A stretch of DNA of 53,957 nt, filler included, from Catajapyx aquilonaris (Eukaryota): NCBI GenBank assembly GCA_000934665.2. It is 2 parts of 2 records of this genome, joined end to end, with 100 filler letters (N's around TTAATTAATTAA, not from the genome) between each part and the next. Parts side by side here need not be neighbours in the genome. Positions count along the whole stretch, not along the records: positions 27,042 to 53,957 come from JYFJ02005138.1; 1 more part is not named here. One strand, given 5' to 3'. The notes below the pieces were generated by a model that saw nothing but the letters and a program-made list of their open reading frames with translations, did no database searches and had not been told where the DNA came from. The position numbers were made by a program, and so were the translations under genes. Position 1 is the stretch's first letter; every line of letters begins with the position of its first letter. Of the stretch, positions 34,501 to 48,430 are shown piece after piece.

Positions 34501-37500
34501 CCTATCACTCCAGCTGCCAAGAACTCCACCATTATGAAAATACAAGGAGGTAAGAATCCATTTAAGTGGAAATACGGTGTATTTGCTTTCCGTCCTCGAC
34601 AGCGCTAATCTCCTGACACCGGCACGGTAAATATTTTAACAGACGCTGACAGAGCAAGAAAACATGGGATGGAGGAGTACATTTCTGCAGATCCGTGTAA
34701 ATTCGACCATGCCGGCATCTTCAAATCGCTCCAGACGCTCACACTCGACTACCGGCTCAATGACCCTTACTGTTCATTGGTGAGTTATCAACAGGAATTG
34801 CAGCTCGACCTCTGTGACCGCGTTCGATCCGTTTTCCAGGGTTGGTTCAGTCCAGGTCAAGTGTTTGTCTTGGACGAGTACTGCGCCCGGTATGGAGTGA
34901 GGGGCTGCTACAGGCATCTCTGCTACCTTAGTGACCTTCTTGACAGGGCGGAGAAGGGCATCATGATTGACCCCACGCTAATCCACTACAGTTTTGCCTT
35001 TTGTGCCAGCCATGTTCACGGCAACAGGTCAGTCGATTTTCTGCACAGTTGGTGCTAAAAACGTAACTTTAGACTTTTGATCACGGGTCGTAGAAATGTC
35101 TGAAAGATATTTGTAGGATTCACTGAATGTGACAAAATACGTTTTAGGCCGGACGGAGTGGGCACCGTGACCCACGAAGAGAAGGACAAGTTTCAAGAAG
35201 TGAAGGAAAGACTGAGGATTCTCTTGGAAAATCAAATAACCAATTTTCGGTAAGAGGACACTGGTTTTTATCTATAGAATAATTGTTTGAAAATTGCGCA
35301 ACGGCGACTAAATAATTCAACATCTTGCAGGTATTGCTTCCCATTTGGTAGACCTGAAGGTGCTCTCAAAGCAACACTGTCGCTGCTGGAAAGGGTGAGA
35401 ATTTACTGACTGCTAAACCTGCAACTGTTATGTGAAATAATAATAATTTATTACTAATTACTAACATTTGTGATAATTTGATTCCAGGTGCTCATGAAGG
35501 ATATAGTCACTCCCGTACCACCCGAAGAAGTAAGAATCGTTATCAAAAAAGCACTGGAAAATGCAGCCTTGGTCAACTACACCAGGTTATCCGCCGAAGC
35601 CAAGGTTGACGGTAAGTGATGATCTCTAAGTGTTCATTTTAATTTTGAAATGAGGTAACGTGAATTTCCTTTTGTGTCGGCTTTCAAATAAGGCGGAGAA
35701 GGAACCGTACAAGGTAGAACATATGAAATTAATCCGCACCCTGCCCTTAGATACTGTAGACCGAGTGATTGAAACATGCATAGATACGTATAGATACTGT
35801 ACGTAATTAGATACAAGACAATTACGCCATTTTCTAGATGACTTGAGCGGAGAAGTGCCTGTAGCCCCAACTAAGAAGCTGGAAGATCTGATTCATCTAG
35901 CGGAACTTTGCGTGGACCTTCTCCAACAGAATGAGGAGCATTACGCGGAGGTATAGCCTATACTACATTTCTTCTATAGACATACGCGAAACGGGTTGCG
36001 ACACACTTAGGTTGCGCTGGTAAATTTCAAAAAATGACCAGAAACAGGAACGGGTTTCTTGACACAACGAAGAAAAAAAAATCCTAAAAATCCTAACCCA
36101 AGCTTTGGTACAATACATGTCATTCCCAGCATGATTCGATGTGGTCTGGCTTCTTGATGGTGTAACCTAAATTACTGTAAACTCAATGTTGGTGCTGGAT
36201 GTTCAATTTCGTCCGCTTATAAGTGGATTTCTTCAGGTCTGTCACCCCGTCTCTCTGGTTTTGATTTTCTATGAGCTGAGTCTCTTTCACCAATGTGTAA
36301 AAGATGACTAGCTCCCTTTTTGATGTGTACATGTCATAACTGTGCTTTCTTCTCTCTTTCCTCCTCCTTTCCTTGTGTCGTTGAAAGGCTTTTCGATCGG
36401 TGAGTGTCCTGCTTTCCACTCTCTGCCCTATACAAATCTTGCGTATACATGGGGATCTCAGCTTTATTGCTTTTAAGTGAAAGGGGGATTGGGCGCGAAG
36501 GTATGTGTGCGAGCGTACTCGTAATGTACAGTACGTGTGGAGCTGAAAGTCCAACTTTATTGCCTTGTCGAAAATGAACCCGTAGAAGCGTGAGTTCAAA
36601 ATGCAGAATGCCCATCGACAACTCCAAGACTGAAAATGTGCGAAATGAAATGCAATCTTGTACCAGTACTGGGTTATAATACATTATGACTTAGATACGT
36701 ATATTAATAACATTGGATTTATTCATTAATGTAGTCAGTGTTTGGGACATATCTCAAATACCTACGCATCTATAATGTATTAGGCTTTCAGAAAGAAATG
36801 CAGTAATTTTGGAGTGTAAGAGGGGGATTCGATCCTCTGACCTGGCTCGCATTTCTCCAGTTATTGCCGATCGCTTCCAGGATAATACGTGTCGAACCTG
36901 GTTTTTTTTGTGTTCAAGAATGAGTACAACCGATTCCTTCCTCTCCTATCCTTGTTCCCTGCTAAGCCTGTCATGATGGGTTACCCGATTGGCTGACAAT
37001 TTTAAAAGGCTTGATCGTGAAAGGCTCGGAAGGTGCCACAATAAATCCTGGTTGTTTACTTCGCACAATCAACATCAACCATCTCTAGAGCAGACGGGCG
37101 AACATTTTGCTCGTTCTCTCTGATTTGTACAGTATACCAATAAACACAAGGGCCAAATTTTTTCATCCCACTCAGTGCCTCAATGCGAAGCAATACGTAC
37201 CAGTATCAGTATATAGTGAAGTTATCTTGAAATGCCGGAGATTTTATATCGATTGATCTGGCAACCTTGATGGGATGCGGTGGACATACTGTATTTCGAT
37301 AGCAATCAGTCGTATTCAAAACCATGTAACTACGATTTATCGCATTTGAAATTTGAGATACGGCAAACGCATCTCGATTTGAATATGACGATGCTATCAA
37401 TACTTCATTTTCGTAAGTTGGTGAAAGATGGGCAAACGGCATTTTGAACCCATGCTCCTCGAGTTAAACGTTCAATGTGATTGTCGTGTGGAGTATGTGA

Positions 37501-40500
37501 TAAGAGAAGGCTCTATTCAGGAGGAAAGGGCTTTCCAGTCAAAGTATTGTGCCACAAGGTGGGCACAAAATATTAGAACTCTTCGAGAGGAGTGTTTTGC
37601 GTTCCACAATTAATTCTCTGATTTGGTGAATGTGTTTTTAATTTCTCCTGCCTGACTGGTCAGTCCATTCCTCGCTTGCCAATCGGCAAAACCTCCACAT
37701 GGCACTCTGCTTGATTTGATGCCAGATTTACAATTGTGGCCTATGCTTTTGGACAAATTAGCAGCTCCAGCCTCATGCTCATGCCAATGGTGTACTCTAA
37801 TAATTACACTCTGGGCATCTAATAGTCCTGCAGATTGGCCCCTTTAAGATAGTGATTTGATACTGCCAGTGCTGCCAATGAAACATTAGCATTGGGAGTT
37901 GACATTGCCAAGCAGTAGCCCAGTTGATGACTAATAATGACACATTGATGATTTTGTAACTTATCATGATGTGCTCCACTGTGATAATAATTAATACACA
38001 TAACACTGAGGAGAGGATTTTAATGTGTATTATTAATTATGTGGTATATTTGATATAGTTAACATGTTTCACTTCATACGGGATATATACCAGGATAGTC
38101 TGTTGCCTTTACTGCTACAAATGTGTTCGTCTTTGTTGTTGAAATTGTTTGACTGAGGGAAAAGACCGCCAGTCTTTTCCAGCAGTTTTGTCCACATTGG
38201 CTGTTAGCTTCATGTTAGTACGATATTGCTTTCCGTTGTGTCTTTCTATTTGTACGACTGATGACTCTCTTTTTTCTTTGTTCTGATTTTTACCCAGGAT
38301 AAAGTAAGTAACCTTTTTTCCTGTACTTCTTCTTCCCAGTCACACCCCACATCCACTCTCGAAAAAATTTGCATCTTGCACTCTACGCCACTTCACGACA
38401 AGTGGAGGGTTTCTGTAGTGATTCAGAGGCTTTGAAGCAATCCTTAAGTCATCACTTCATAAGTAATGAAATTATCAAAATTGGAACACCATGACGATGT
38501 GGGGGAATCCCCTTTTCTGAAGTCATGCACGCTCCTGTGTCACACGTCTCACGTGACCTCAACACACAAGAGCGACACGGCTTATTATAGTTAGCATGTT
38601 TCACCCTTGTCGAGTCGATTTGGCATCGTGCAATCCCCGCAGTGTCTTTGCCTCACTGGGAGCATGAAACCCCTATTTTCGTAAAGCATCAGGGCTCACC
38701 CATTTCCCCTTTTTGGCATTTCTTGTCACAAAAGTAGACAGCACCGTTAGTTATTCCGCAGCGTGTTCTACAGTAAGAGCTAACAACACCTAGACAATGA
38801 ATCCTAAGGGCAATGCTTTTTTTAGTAGCAGTCACCGCATCAAGCTTCTCTCTGGCATGAATTTTTACCCAGACATTTTTATCTGTCTAATTACGTAGAA
38901 TAGTTTCATGAATCTATTACTGGTAGATCAGTCACATATACACTATTAATTAGCGTTAACAGATCAGACGGGTCTCATGCACCGTGTCTTTTATCACATT
39001 GACCGTAACTGAACTCTTCCTTTCTGATACCTGTAGCAACATGTCCTATATACACTGTCTTAGTGATATTGCTGCACATGCAAGGTATTTTCAAGGTAGG
39101 ATGTTTTCATACGTTCATTATAACAGTGACAAGGTAAGATTTCAGTAGTATAGAGCAATACAGTATTTTAGCTTTTTGCATCTCTCGATGACGGATATAA
39201 TTAAGCCCCAAGAGCAAAACGTAATTTTTGCAATCAATATTAACCATGCTTTGAATTTCCAGGCATTTGCTTGGTTTAGTGATCTGTTGGTAGAACATGC
39301 GGAGATATTCTGGTCCTTGTTTGCTGTGGACATGGATCAAGTGCTGGCCGAGCAACCTCCGGACACGTGGGATTCCTTCCCTCTCTTTCAGATCCTCAAT
39401 GACTACCTGAGAACTGACGGTACGAACCTATATATTCGAATATTCTGTGGGGCTGTCATGATTCTCAGGGTTCAATAAGCCTTGGTCACCTCTCAGGTTC
39501 ATCGCAGAGCTACGTATAGAAGCCTAGCAAATGCGTAAATATTACACGAGCAATCTCAGAACCCTGAGGAATATGCATCCTTGATAGTTGCTTGTGGATG
39601 ACTGCCACTTGACCCCCCTCCTCGTCTGGATGATTTTCAGATAACCTGAAGAACGGAAGGTTCCACTCGCACTTGCGGGACACTTTTGCGCCGCTGGTGG
39701 TACGTTACGTGGACCTAATGGAGTCTTCTATCGCGCAGTCAATTCACAAAGGATTTGAGAAGGAGAGGTGGGAAATCAAGGGGTATGTGGGGCGTAGAGT
39801 AGACGTGTGATGGGCTTTTGTCTTCTGTCCTCGTAAGTGTCTCTTTCTACTTCCGGTCTGCGCTGTTGTCTACAGGTCTGCTCCTCTTTTCTCTCTCCCT
39901 ATTCTTTTTTTGTGTCCGTGTGCGCGTGCGTGTGGATGTGCGTGTATGTGAACGCGGCACGTGGGAATAATTGTGCGGATGTGCGTATGTGTAGGAATGG
40001 TTGCGCCACTTCAGAGGACCTCTTCTGGAAGCTGGACGCCCTCCAGTCCTTCATCAGGGACCTCCACTGGCCGGACCAGGAGTTCGGATCGCATTTGGAG
40101 CAACGCCTCAAACTGATGGCCTGCGACATGATCGAGTCATGCATACAGAGGTCAGAACTTAACCTTTGCCTGAGGTAGTTTTGCCGTATTGGTATTAACT
40201 TATTCACATTTGTTATACCCTCAGGACGGACACGGCGTTCCAGACGTGGCTGAAGAAAGGCGTCACATTTATCTCCACTGACTACATCATTCCAGGAGAG
40301 ATGTGCAGTATGATTAACGTCATCTTGGACGCAAAGAACCAGTCTCTCAAGCTGTGCGCAGTGGACGGCGTTGACGTGGTAAATGTCAAGTGTAAAATGG
40401 AGCACGTGCATTCTTAATTGTAGCTTTATATTTTTTATACTGCATTTTATACTGTATTAGACATCGCCCAAAAAACAAGGATAATACAAAACTACTTCAA

Positions 40501-43222
40501 CTTTGCTTACAGCACCAATACCACACTAAGATCGATGACCTCATCGATAAAACAATGGCTGCCATGAACCAAGGCCTCATCAGCAAGCTGGTGTCTGTAC
40601 TAGAGAGCACGATCTCGAAGCTCTCTCGGTACGACGAGGGGAGTTTGATCGGGTCTATCCTGAGTTTTACGGTATGTGGTGATGCAGCCAAAGGGCTGGG
40701 ATTTGTCATTTGTGTGGATCCTGAGTCTGCTTAACTTCCAGTGTCCATAGAATGTCTCCGGTTCCGGAAAGGAATTGGGTCAGGCGTATGTCAACTTCAC
40801 CAGGAATTGCATGGACCAGATCAGGAGTAAAGTGAACGATGAGTTGTGGATCCTTTCCTTCTTTGAGGTTAGTTGTTACAATAAGGGATCTTTTGAAATA
40901 TCCTCATTGTTACCTGTTTCTGATGGGGTTTTATCGCCATTTTGCAGCAATGGTATACTGCCCAGGTTCAGATTCTGTGCAATTGGTTGTCTGAAAGGCT
41001 GGATCACTCTCTTCACCCATACCAATGCACGTGCTTGGCACATATCGTCAAGGTGAGATCACAGGAAAATCATAGTTGACTAATTTGCATGCCTTTGATA
41101 TTGCAGACCTAAATCAGTTTTCAGAACTTGTTGTCACATTTTGTGGCACCAAGCTTTGTTTTTGTTTTTCCAGAGTGTGTATGTGCCTAATAATAGCACC
41201 CATTTTGCACTTGCTGCATGGTAATTTTTTGCAGAAATTGAAAGCAATCTGTGAAGCAGATGGAGTGAAGAAGAAGGTCTTGGAAACTCCAATTTATAAC
41301 ACGACAGTACAAAGAGTAGATCACGAATGCGATAGGCTTGTGAAGAAGGGCAAGATTCCCCCACAGTTTTTGCCAAAGACATGAAAGAGCTATTGTACTT
41401 CTCAATGTGTCTAACAGTCCTTGCAGAACACTCCAACGCAATATTTTAATTTGGGTTAATGTTGAAAATGTTGTCTACTAACTGTTGAAATACTGTTTGT
41501 AGAATATTAGCTTATTTGTTATAGAATAACATGGTAATCGTCACAGAGAATTATGTGGCGCATTCAGTGCATGTGTTGTCACAGTGTATGTAATTGCAAA
41601 GACCCTTTCACACTAAGCAATATTTTATTGACTGGATAAAAGGCCACAGGATTGATGACGTCAATCCAAGATGGTTTTTGTTCCATGCAATAGATCACAG
41701 AATGGAAGGGCTTGGATTTACTCACCCAGTGTATAGTTGCGTAGAATCAAGACTGGGTTCAAGTTGTTTTGTGGCACATGGCAACAGTGGAATTCACCCA
41801 CGTTACCATAAGCTTTATCTGAGCACTAGAAACTTTGCCGACCAATCATAAAATCTGATAACTCTTTCAGAAAATGTACTCAGATTTTGAGCTTCAGGGA
41901 GTAATGGAGGACAAGTTGAATTCTAAGACTTACCAGACAATATCGCAAAGAATGCAGACAGAAGAGGCAACTTGCGCTCTCACCATGAGTTCGAGAAAGG
42001 ATGATGATGCAGAGTAAGATCTATGATTCATAATTATCCAGTCTGTATGATACTTCTAAGCAGCCTCCATGCTTTTATCCAACACATACTCTTCTGTTGC
42101 ATTCATTCACTCATTCAGCTGATTGTTCCGTTCGATTGCAAAGCTATTTTTGAAACCCTTTTTTAGTTGATTCCGGGCCTGAAAATTTTAGTCGCACTCC
42201 CTGCTTACCACGCAGTCATTATTAGTCTACAATATAGTTTTATTGTTATGCTACATTGATCTAGATAGTAATAGTGATAAACTACCTTGTTTGATCACTT
42301 ATTCCCCTACTTGATTACATTGACTGTACATACTAATAAACATGCACATCTATATCCCTGCAACAAAACATGTAGCTCATCGCCTGCATTGTTATGTTTT
42401 TGTCAGACTTGAAGTTCTGCTGTTTGACTTGATTATGACATTCTTCACTCGCCTGTCGACAGTAAGAATAACGTGCCTGAGGAACTGACTCTTTCAGAGC
42501 AGAAGTATTGCAACTAATTGTCTGAGAGCTGGGGTCTCATGCCCTAATGATAACGGGACAGTTCAGCGTTGACATTTGTAATAATTCATGCGCTTGTTTG
42601 TATGGAGTCTTCCGCCTGTGGGCATATTCATCGACCCATGAAGCTCATAAAAATGCGCGCATGGCCTAGTGCTGCGGTAAGGCCATTATTTGCATGTGAA
42701 AGACCAAATTCCCGCTACCATTGTTGTCGAGTCAATTAGAATCTGGCGGGAATTGCGCCTCGCTGAAGCATTTGGCACGTCTTACCATCGACATGCAGCA
42801 CACGTTCTTACCCCTCTTTTTTTGGTTTCTCTCCATCACCCGATATCCCCACCACCGACAAACTTGGTTGATTCCTAGACAGCTTGAGCCACTGTTTGAT
42901 TTGCGCCGTCCTTGATCACACACAGTCTAGTTGCATCCTGTTCTAGCAGTTGATTAGTCAGTTTTAGCCTGGAATGGGGTTGTGTCACATGTGTTGTTAT
43001 TCTTCTCTGCGCAGAGGATACCCAGAGACAGGGATAGAAGATGACGGTGACGGAAGTAAGCCCAAGGTTACAATTCGAGAGACCCTGGGCGAAGACAGTG
43101 GGAATTTAGTGGCGAAAATCACTAACGTTTCAACCAATGTGGTTGGCCGGGTAGGAAACATGTTTGGCAAAGGAATCGGGGGTCTCACAAGTAAGTTTGG
43201 GGGTGGCGGCAGCTGGTTCTAA
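28587..43222 (+). CDS. CADPS: Calcium-dependent secretion activator (CAPS/CADPS/UNC-31), 5'-incomplete
   Basis: About 27 GT-AG exons (e.g. 28587-28762, 28871-28957, 29263-29412, 29511-29591, 30034-30206, 32038-32130, 32297-32418, 33144-33288, 33658-33764, 33836-34011, 34341-34549, 34642-34779, 34840-35027, 35148-35249, 35331-35394, 35488-35611, 35838-35950, 39263-39419, 39641-39782, 39995-40150, 40225-40378, 40513-40671, 40751-40867, 40948-41052, 41871-42013, 43015-43222). Hallmark peptides: [43 protein letters not shown] (C2), [28 protein letters not shown] (PH), [44 protein letters not shown] (MUN). The N-terminal exon was not found right of the gap. Confidence 0.95.
32479..32680 (+). mobile_element. 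Degenerate tRNA-derived SINE in a CAPS intron
   Basis: GGGCGGCACGTGGTGTAGTGGTTAGCAC A-box-like head followed by a GGGTTTTCTCCCATTTCC core; B-box not evident. Confidence 0.45.
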
Positions 43223-46200
43223 GGGAGTTCTATTGTCGAGATGGGGTTGTTTTTTTTGGCGTGTGCTGTGTATATGAGTGTGCGGCCATCTCTAAAGTTT
43301 GGGTGCTGCGGCCACCTCCCATTGTTGCGAGAAGCAGCTACCAACCCCGTTGCGCGCAGCCAACACCCTGTTTGCGTCAACACTGGCTTGGGCGCAACCA
43401 TCACCAATTGTTATTGAATCTGTTCGATATAAGAAAAACACAAAATAAGAACTTATATAATATATTTTGGGGGTACGGGTCAAGAGATGGAGGTAACAAA
43501 AGGTGGCGTGACTGATCTGTTTGCGATTGCATGTGTGCGTATATTGGAGCCATCTTTATTCTCTGCAGTTCCATTGTTGCAGCGTGATGCTGCTGAGGGA
43601 GCATTTCTTTTAAGAGGGAGGCAAGTCACCCCGATACATTTCCTATAGTTGCGGAGATACGTCGACTATGTTATAAATAGTGACCCACTGTTTTTTAACG
43701 ATTGACTTATGGATTTGTTCAGATTTAAAGTGCAAAATAGACGTGTCCAGAGAAGTTTCACATTGGTTTGTTTTTTATAGCTATTGGAAACAGTGGCTCC
43801 CAACACTTGTTTATTTCATTTTGTTGATAAAGCATGGGAATAAATTCCGACAGCATATGTACATAACGTGATGTTGCACCTTCGGTTCTTTAAAAATGTA
43901 CATTGTTTTCACCAAAAAAAAAATCAACCAACAAAAAGCTATTTTAGCCAATTCTCTGACCAATGAATGTTGTTTCTTGGCCGCTGATTTTAAAAAAGGA
44001 GAAAAAGACGAGATTAATAATAAAGGAAAATCGGAAGGATTGTTGTTGCACTGCAGTAGTTGACCTTTTTAGAGTGGGATGTTTTTTGAGGATACCATTT
44101 TTGCCTTGCCTCTGAGAGTTGTAAACGTCAGTTGGCTTTACAAATCTTTGGTTTCCGCTTTTTGCAATGTCAAACCAAGTAAGGAGAGACACACTTGGAT
44201 TGTTTCTGCTCCAGAATATGTTAGCTCCAGCAACAAAGCCTCATTGCAACAAATTACGTTTTTATGCTGCACCACTTAACGCATGCCTTTACGTGCACTG
44301 TGGACGTAAAGGTGTATCATACGCAATACCATGTCTGGTTTGTAATGGCCAGGTAGCGCAGGTGACAACTCTGTAGGAGATTTCCTCATAAGTTGGGGAA
44401 TTCCCATGAGACAGAGCCACAGAGGTATAACCCGTGTGTACAGTACCCTTTGCCCATTACGAACCAGTACTCTTCAGATTTCGGGTCAATAAGAGGCACA
44501 CAAACCCGAAAAGCTATTCTATTTTAATGCTATTTCAGTATTTCCTTAACCTGCCAGTCTTTTAATGTGCCTTGTTACCCGTTGTTACCATGCTGTTGGA
44601 TTCAGTAGATGTCAACCGGACCTCTCTCTTGCTTATTAGACGTGTCATTACGCTTTTTTTATTGATAGGTTTCAGTTACCCGTGAAATGTCGAGATGTGT
44701 CGGAATTGTGAATGAATGAGTGTATTCATAATGTTGATATTACTGATAGGTGCAGCTTTAGAAATTAAAGATAAAAATTAAATAAATCCAGAAGAATAAG
44801 CTGGAGACTGGGTAAAAACTTGGTAAAAATAAGGGTGGTCACGCAGGATGCATTTTTACAGTCTAAATTTGTTGTAATGAGGTTTATTTTTAACCAATAA
44901 CAATCAAATGTGAATGGAACTGTGGTGACGATGGAAAGGTCGTTAATTTTCAATTTAATGGACGCATATGTTGCGAGGGGTTAGGTGTGTGTTATGTTCC
45001 CATTTCTGGTTGATTTGTTAACAGTGTCCTTCGAGTCGATTCCTTTTTTTTGAGCCGTTGTGAACAATAAGGAAGGTTGGTCTTTTATCTCAGGTACTGC
45101 AAATGGAAAGTTAACAACTCAAAATCCTACACAACAGTGACGGAGTTGACTTACTTATTTCCTTTTACGTGATGTTATGCAGTGGAATGTTAGTTGACCT
45201 TTACTATTTTTCATTGCGAGAAAGGAACAAATAAGAGATCACGGATTTGAAACATGGCCTTGAAAACTTTTGATCCATTCAGGCTGACAACTATGGTCAT
45301 GGGAGCATTTCTATGCACAGTGTTAATGTACATTATAAATAGCAAGTGTCAGATCGTAAGTTATCCTGTAATCATCTTTCCGCTGTCAAAAGAACTCTCG
45401 TCCTAACTTCTGTGTGATATAACCTTCTCTAAGACTCCCTTCGAAGATAAGTGGACTTGGGTTAACCAATCCGAGGACAGCTCCCATTTAAAAACAAAGT
45501 ACATTGCTCTAATAGAGAAAAGAATTATCTCATTAATCAATCTCACATCGTTCAGAGTCATATGTATTGTCCTTTTTGCCTCTACTCGGCAACACGTCTC
45601 ACTCCAAATACATTCATTTATTTAATCTCTAAAAATGCTTTTCACACAAACTCTGCCAGTAATACGTATCGGATTGATAACAGCCGATCAGTTGGCTGAA
45701 ACCAGGACAGTTCGCGACATTATAAGATCTGTCCGGGTTTTAGCAAAATTGGAAGCAGTCGCGCAAGGTGGCTGCACTGTCTCCTCCGTGTGCAGTGACG
45801 TCAGTTGGAAGTTCCGCTGCGTGAAGGGTAGTTTATAACGTTTCATTTTTCGTCATTTCACTCCTTACACGCAAAATGTCACTGAGTGAGATATGGGGCT
45901 GACTTTTCTGCTTGCTTCTCAGGAATTGGCACGGTTGCATGCATAGGCAGCATAATTAACCGAGGATGTGGAGAATGTCTGGGAGAATCATGACTTTAAA
46001 AGACATAAAAGGGGTGTAGCGGTGTCGGATAAGTCCGAGGTACAATAGCAACTAGGTAATTTCGGATAACTAGACGCGTCAGCTAATTAGGAGCTCGAAA
46101 ATCAAGTAGTGGCGAAGTAACACGTTACTACCACGGCCTTTTTTTTGCGAAAACCGTGCAATTTTGAAAAGCAATGGTGGTTCCTCCATATTTTTATGTT

Positions 46201-47059
46201 GCGAATTACAATTCCCAGATCGGGCTTATACACTTAAACGAAACGTGTACAGTACACTCGCCAGCTGGAGAAAAAAATCGTAGCTGTGATTCTGTGTAAT
46301 CCATTCTTACTGTAACTATGAGCTGCTATTAACAAAGCCTCTTCTTCCTGTAAGTATATAAAAGCCCTTTTTTCCCCTCCTCGCGTAAAAGTAAAGAGTT
46401 AGATCTGACACTATGCTGTGTATAATCTTTTTTTTCGAGTTGTAAATACAAATCCAGTTGTAGGTGTTAACTCATAAATAATGTACTGTATGGTGATACA
46501 GTTAGCACAGTTGTCAATGTACAATAAACATGGGGGAGTTATCGTCAAAAAAAACTAATATGTATGCCATGAAAAAAAGTTTGGAACACCTTGTAAACAT
46601 ATCTGACATGTGGAAGTATTCTTTTGAGATAAAAATAAAAAGCTCAGTTATACATAGCGTTCAATCAACGGCGATTGTTATTTGAAACTATTGCTTTGGT
46701 TGTGCTTATTTGGTTTCGTTATGAAAAAAATGTCATCTTGAACACATATTTCGGCGACACTGAACGATTATTATTTCACAGGGTTTTCCAACGCAACTGT
46801 TTGGTATTAGTTATTGAAATTTTGGCATTAAGCTGATTATATATGTCTGCCTCAGTTACTTTCAGGAGTAGACAATACTTTGTATTGCAGACTATGGTGA
46901 ATAGACAGCAGCTTGGCTTTAGACCCGGAAGTGACCCTTAGAATTTAACATAGGAGGTCAATGGTTCCCTGCAGTATTCAACAAAATGAATCTATTCAAG
47001 TTGGTTGCAGCTCAGTTGGAAGACCCCGTATTCCCTCTCCGCAATTCCAGCCTATTAGC

Positions 47060-48361
47060 TCAGCTTTGATTTTTGTAATACTTGTAACTCTTGAGCGGCA
47101 TCGTGGTCCACTTCTTTTTCTCCAGCATGGCATTCAAGTCATCAATGGCCTTGTCGATGACACTGTGCTGCAGCATCGAATACGGATCCCTGAAACGTCC
47201 TTCTTTGACATATCAACTCGTTCTCATCTACATGTGTAAGTATACTTGACAGGTGTCCGTTTCGATAAGAAATTTTCTGTACACTGCCCATTTGTAAAGT
47301 TACTTCTAGTAGTTTAATAGGTTGAATGAAATGAATATCGCTCAACCCTGTCTGCTTTCAAAAAATTGCAAACTGAAACAGACACCTTCATTGGACCACT
47401 ATATACCCGAGATCATTCTTAGGCCTGGCTGTCCTCTTAAACTCCCCATTCAGATGCTCCAAAAGACAAGCCATCCTGTCCTCCATAATGGGCACCTGTA
47501 GGAACCTGAGCGTCTTCTCAAGCTGTGCCCGGGGCTGTGACCTGAGGTCCTCGAAGTGCACGGCGATGCCCTTGAGGGAGCCATTGATCCACGTGGTTGC
47601 GAATTCGCGCCACATGACGATGGCGCGCGCCACGAATGCCTCCCAGCCTTGATGAATAAAACAGAGGTCCATCAGCCCAGATGGTGAGGAGTGATAACTA
47701 GTGAGGCCCCCATCCCGCAATGGGGTGTGACTATATTACCAACCTGGCCCTTGGAAATACCTCTGCGCCGCGTGTCCGGTATGGCCCGCGTAGTTGTAAT
47801 TTCTGAAGGCTAGAATGGCCTCGTATGGGTTCCGCATGAGGAGGATGCCCCTACCATTGAACCTCTTGACCATGGCCATCTTCTTGGACTCCTCCTGCGG
47901 AACACGGGTGGATGCAGAGAAGCCGTGCGTCTTCTGCGCGATGGTGCATCCGCATGTGGCCGTGGCCAGCTCCCCTGGAAAACCTGGGGTGCGAAAAACC
48001 ACACGTTTGTGATGGGAACAGCCATGCGGAACCAAGAGCACGACAGTTGGTATTACCATTATTTACTCTTGGTATTACATATACGCAGCTGGAGGAAGTG
48101 CTGACCTTTCTTGTAGATGACGGCGTCCCGGTAGACGCTTCCAGTAAATATTCCCGAGGCTCCTTGGATGAGATAGCGGAACCAAGTGTTTCCGCTTCCA
48201 GGAAAGGAGGCGAGGGCGGTCATGGGGAAAGAGCCCCTCTTCGCAAATGAAACGCTCCACTTCCGGCATTGCTCCGAGGAGCTCCATGGAACCATCGTTG
48301 GGCCCGTTTTATCCAACGCATCCTCATACTTTAATACTGGAACAATCACATTCTAGATGTC

Positions 48362-48430
<69 letters not shown>

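Noticed and set aside
21502..43222. Functional gene cluster linking the LRR, P450 and CAPS genes
   Set aside because: Unrelated functions, and the cluster would span a synthetic spacer.
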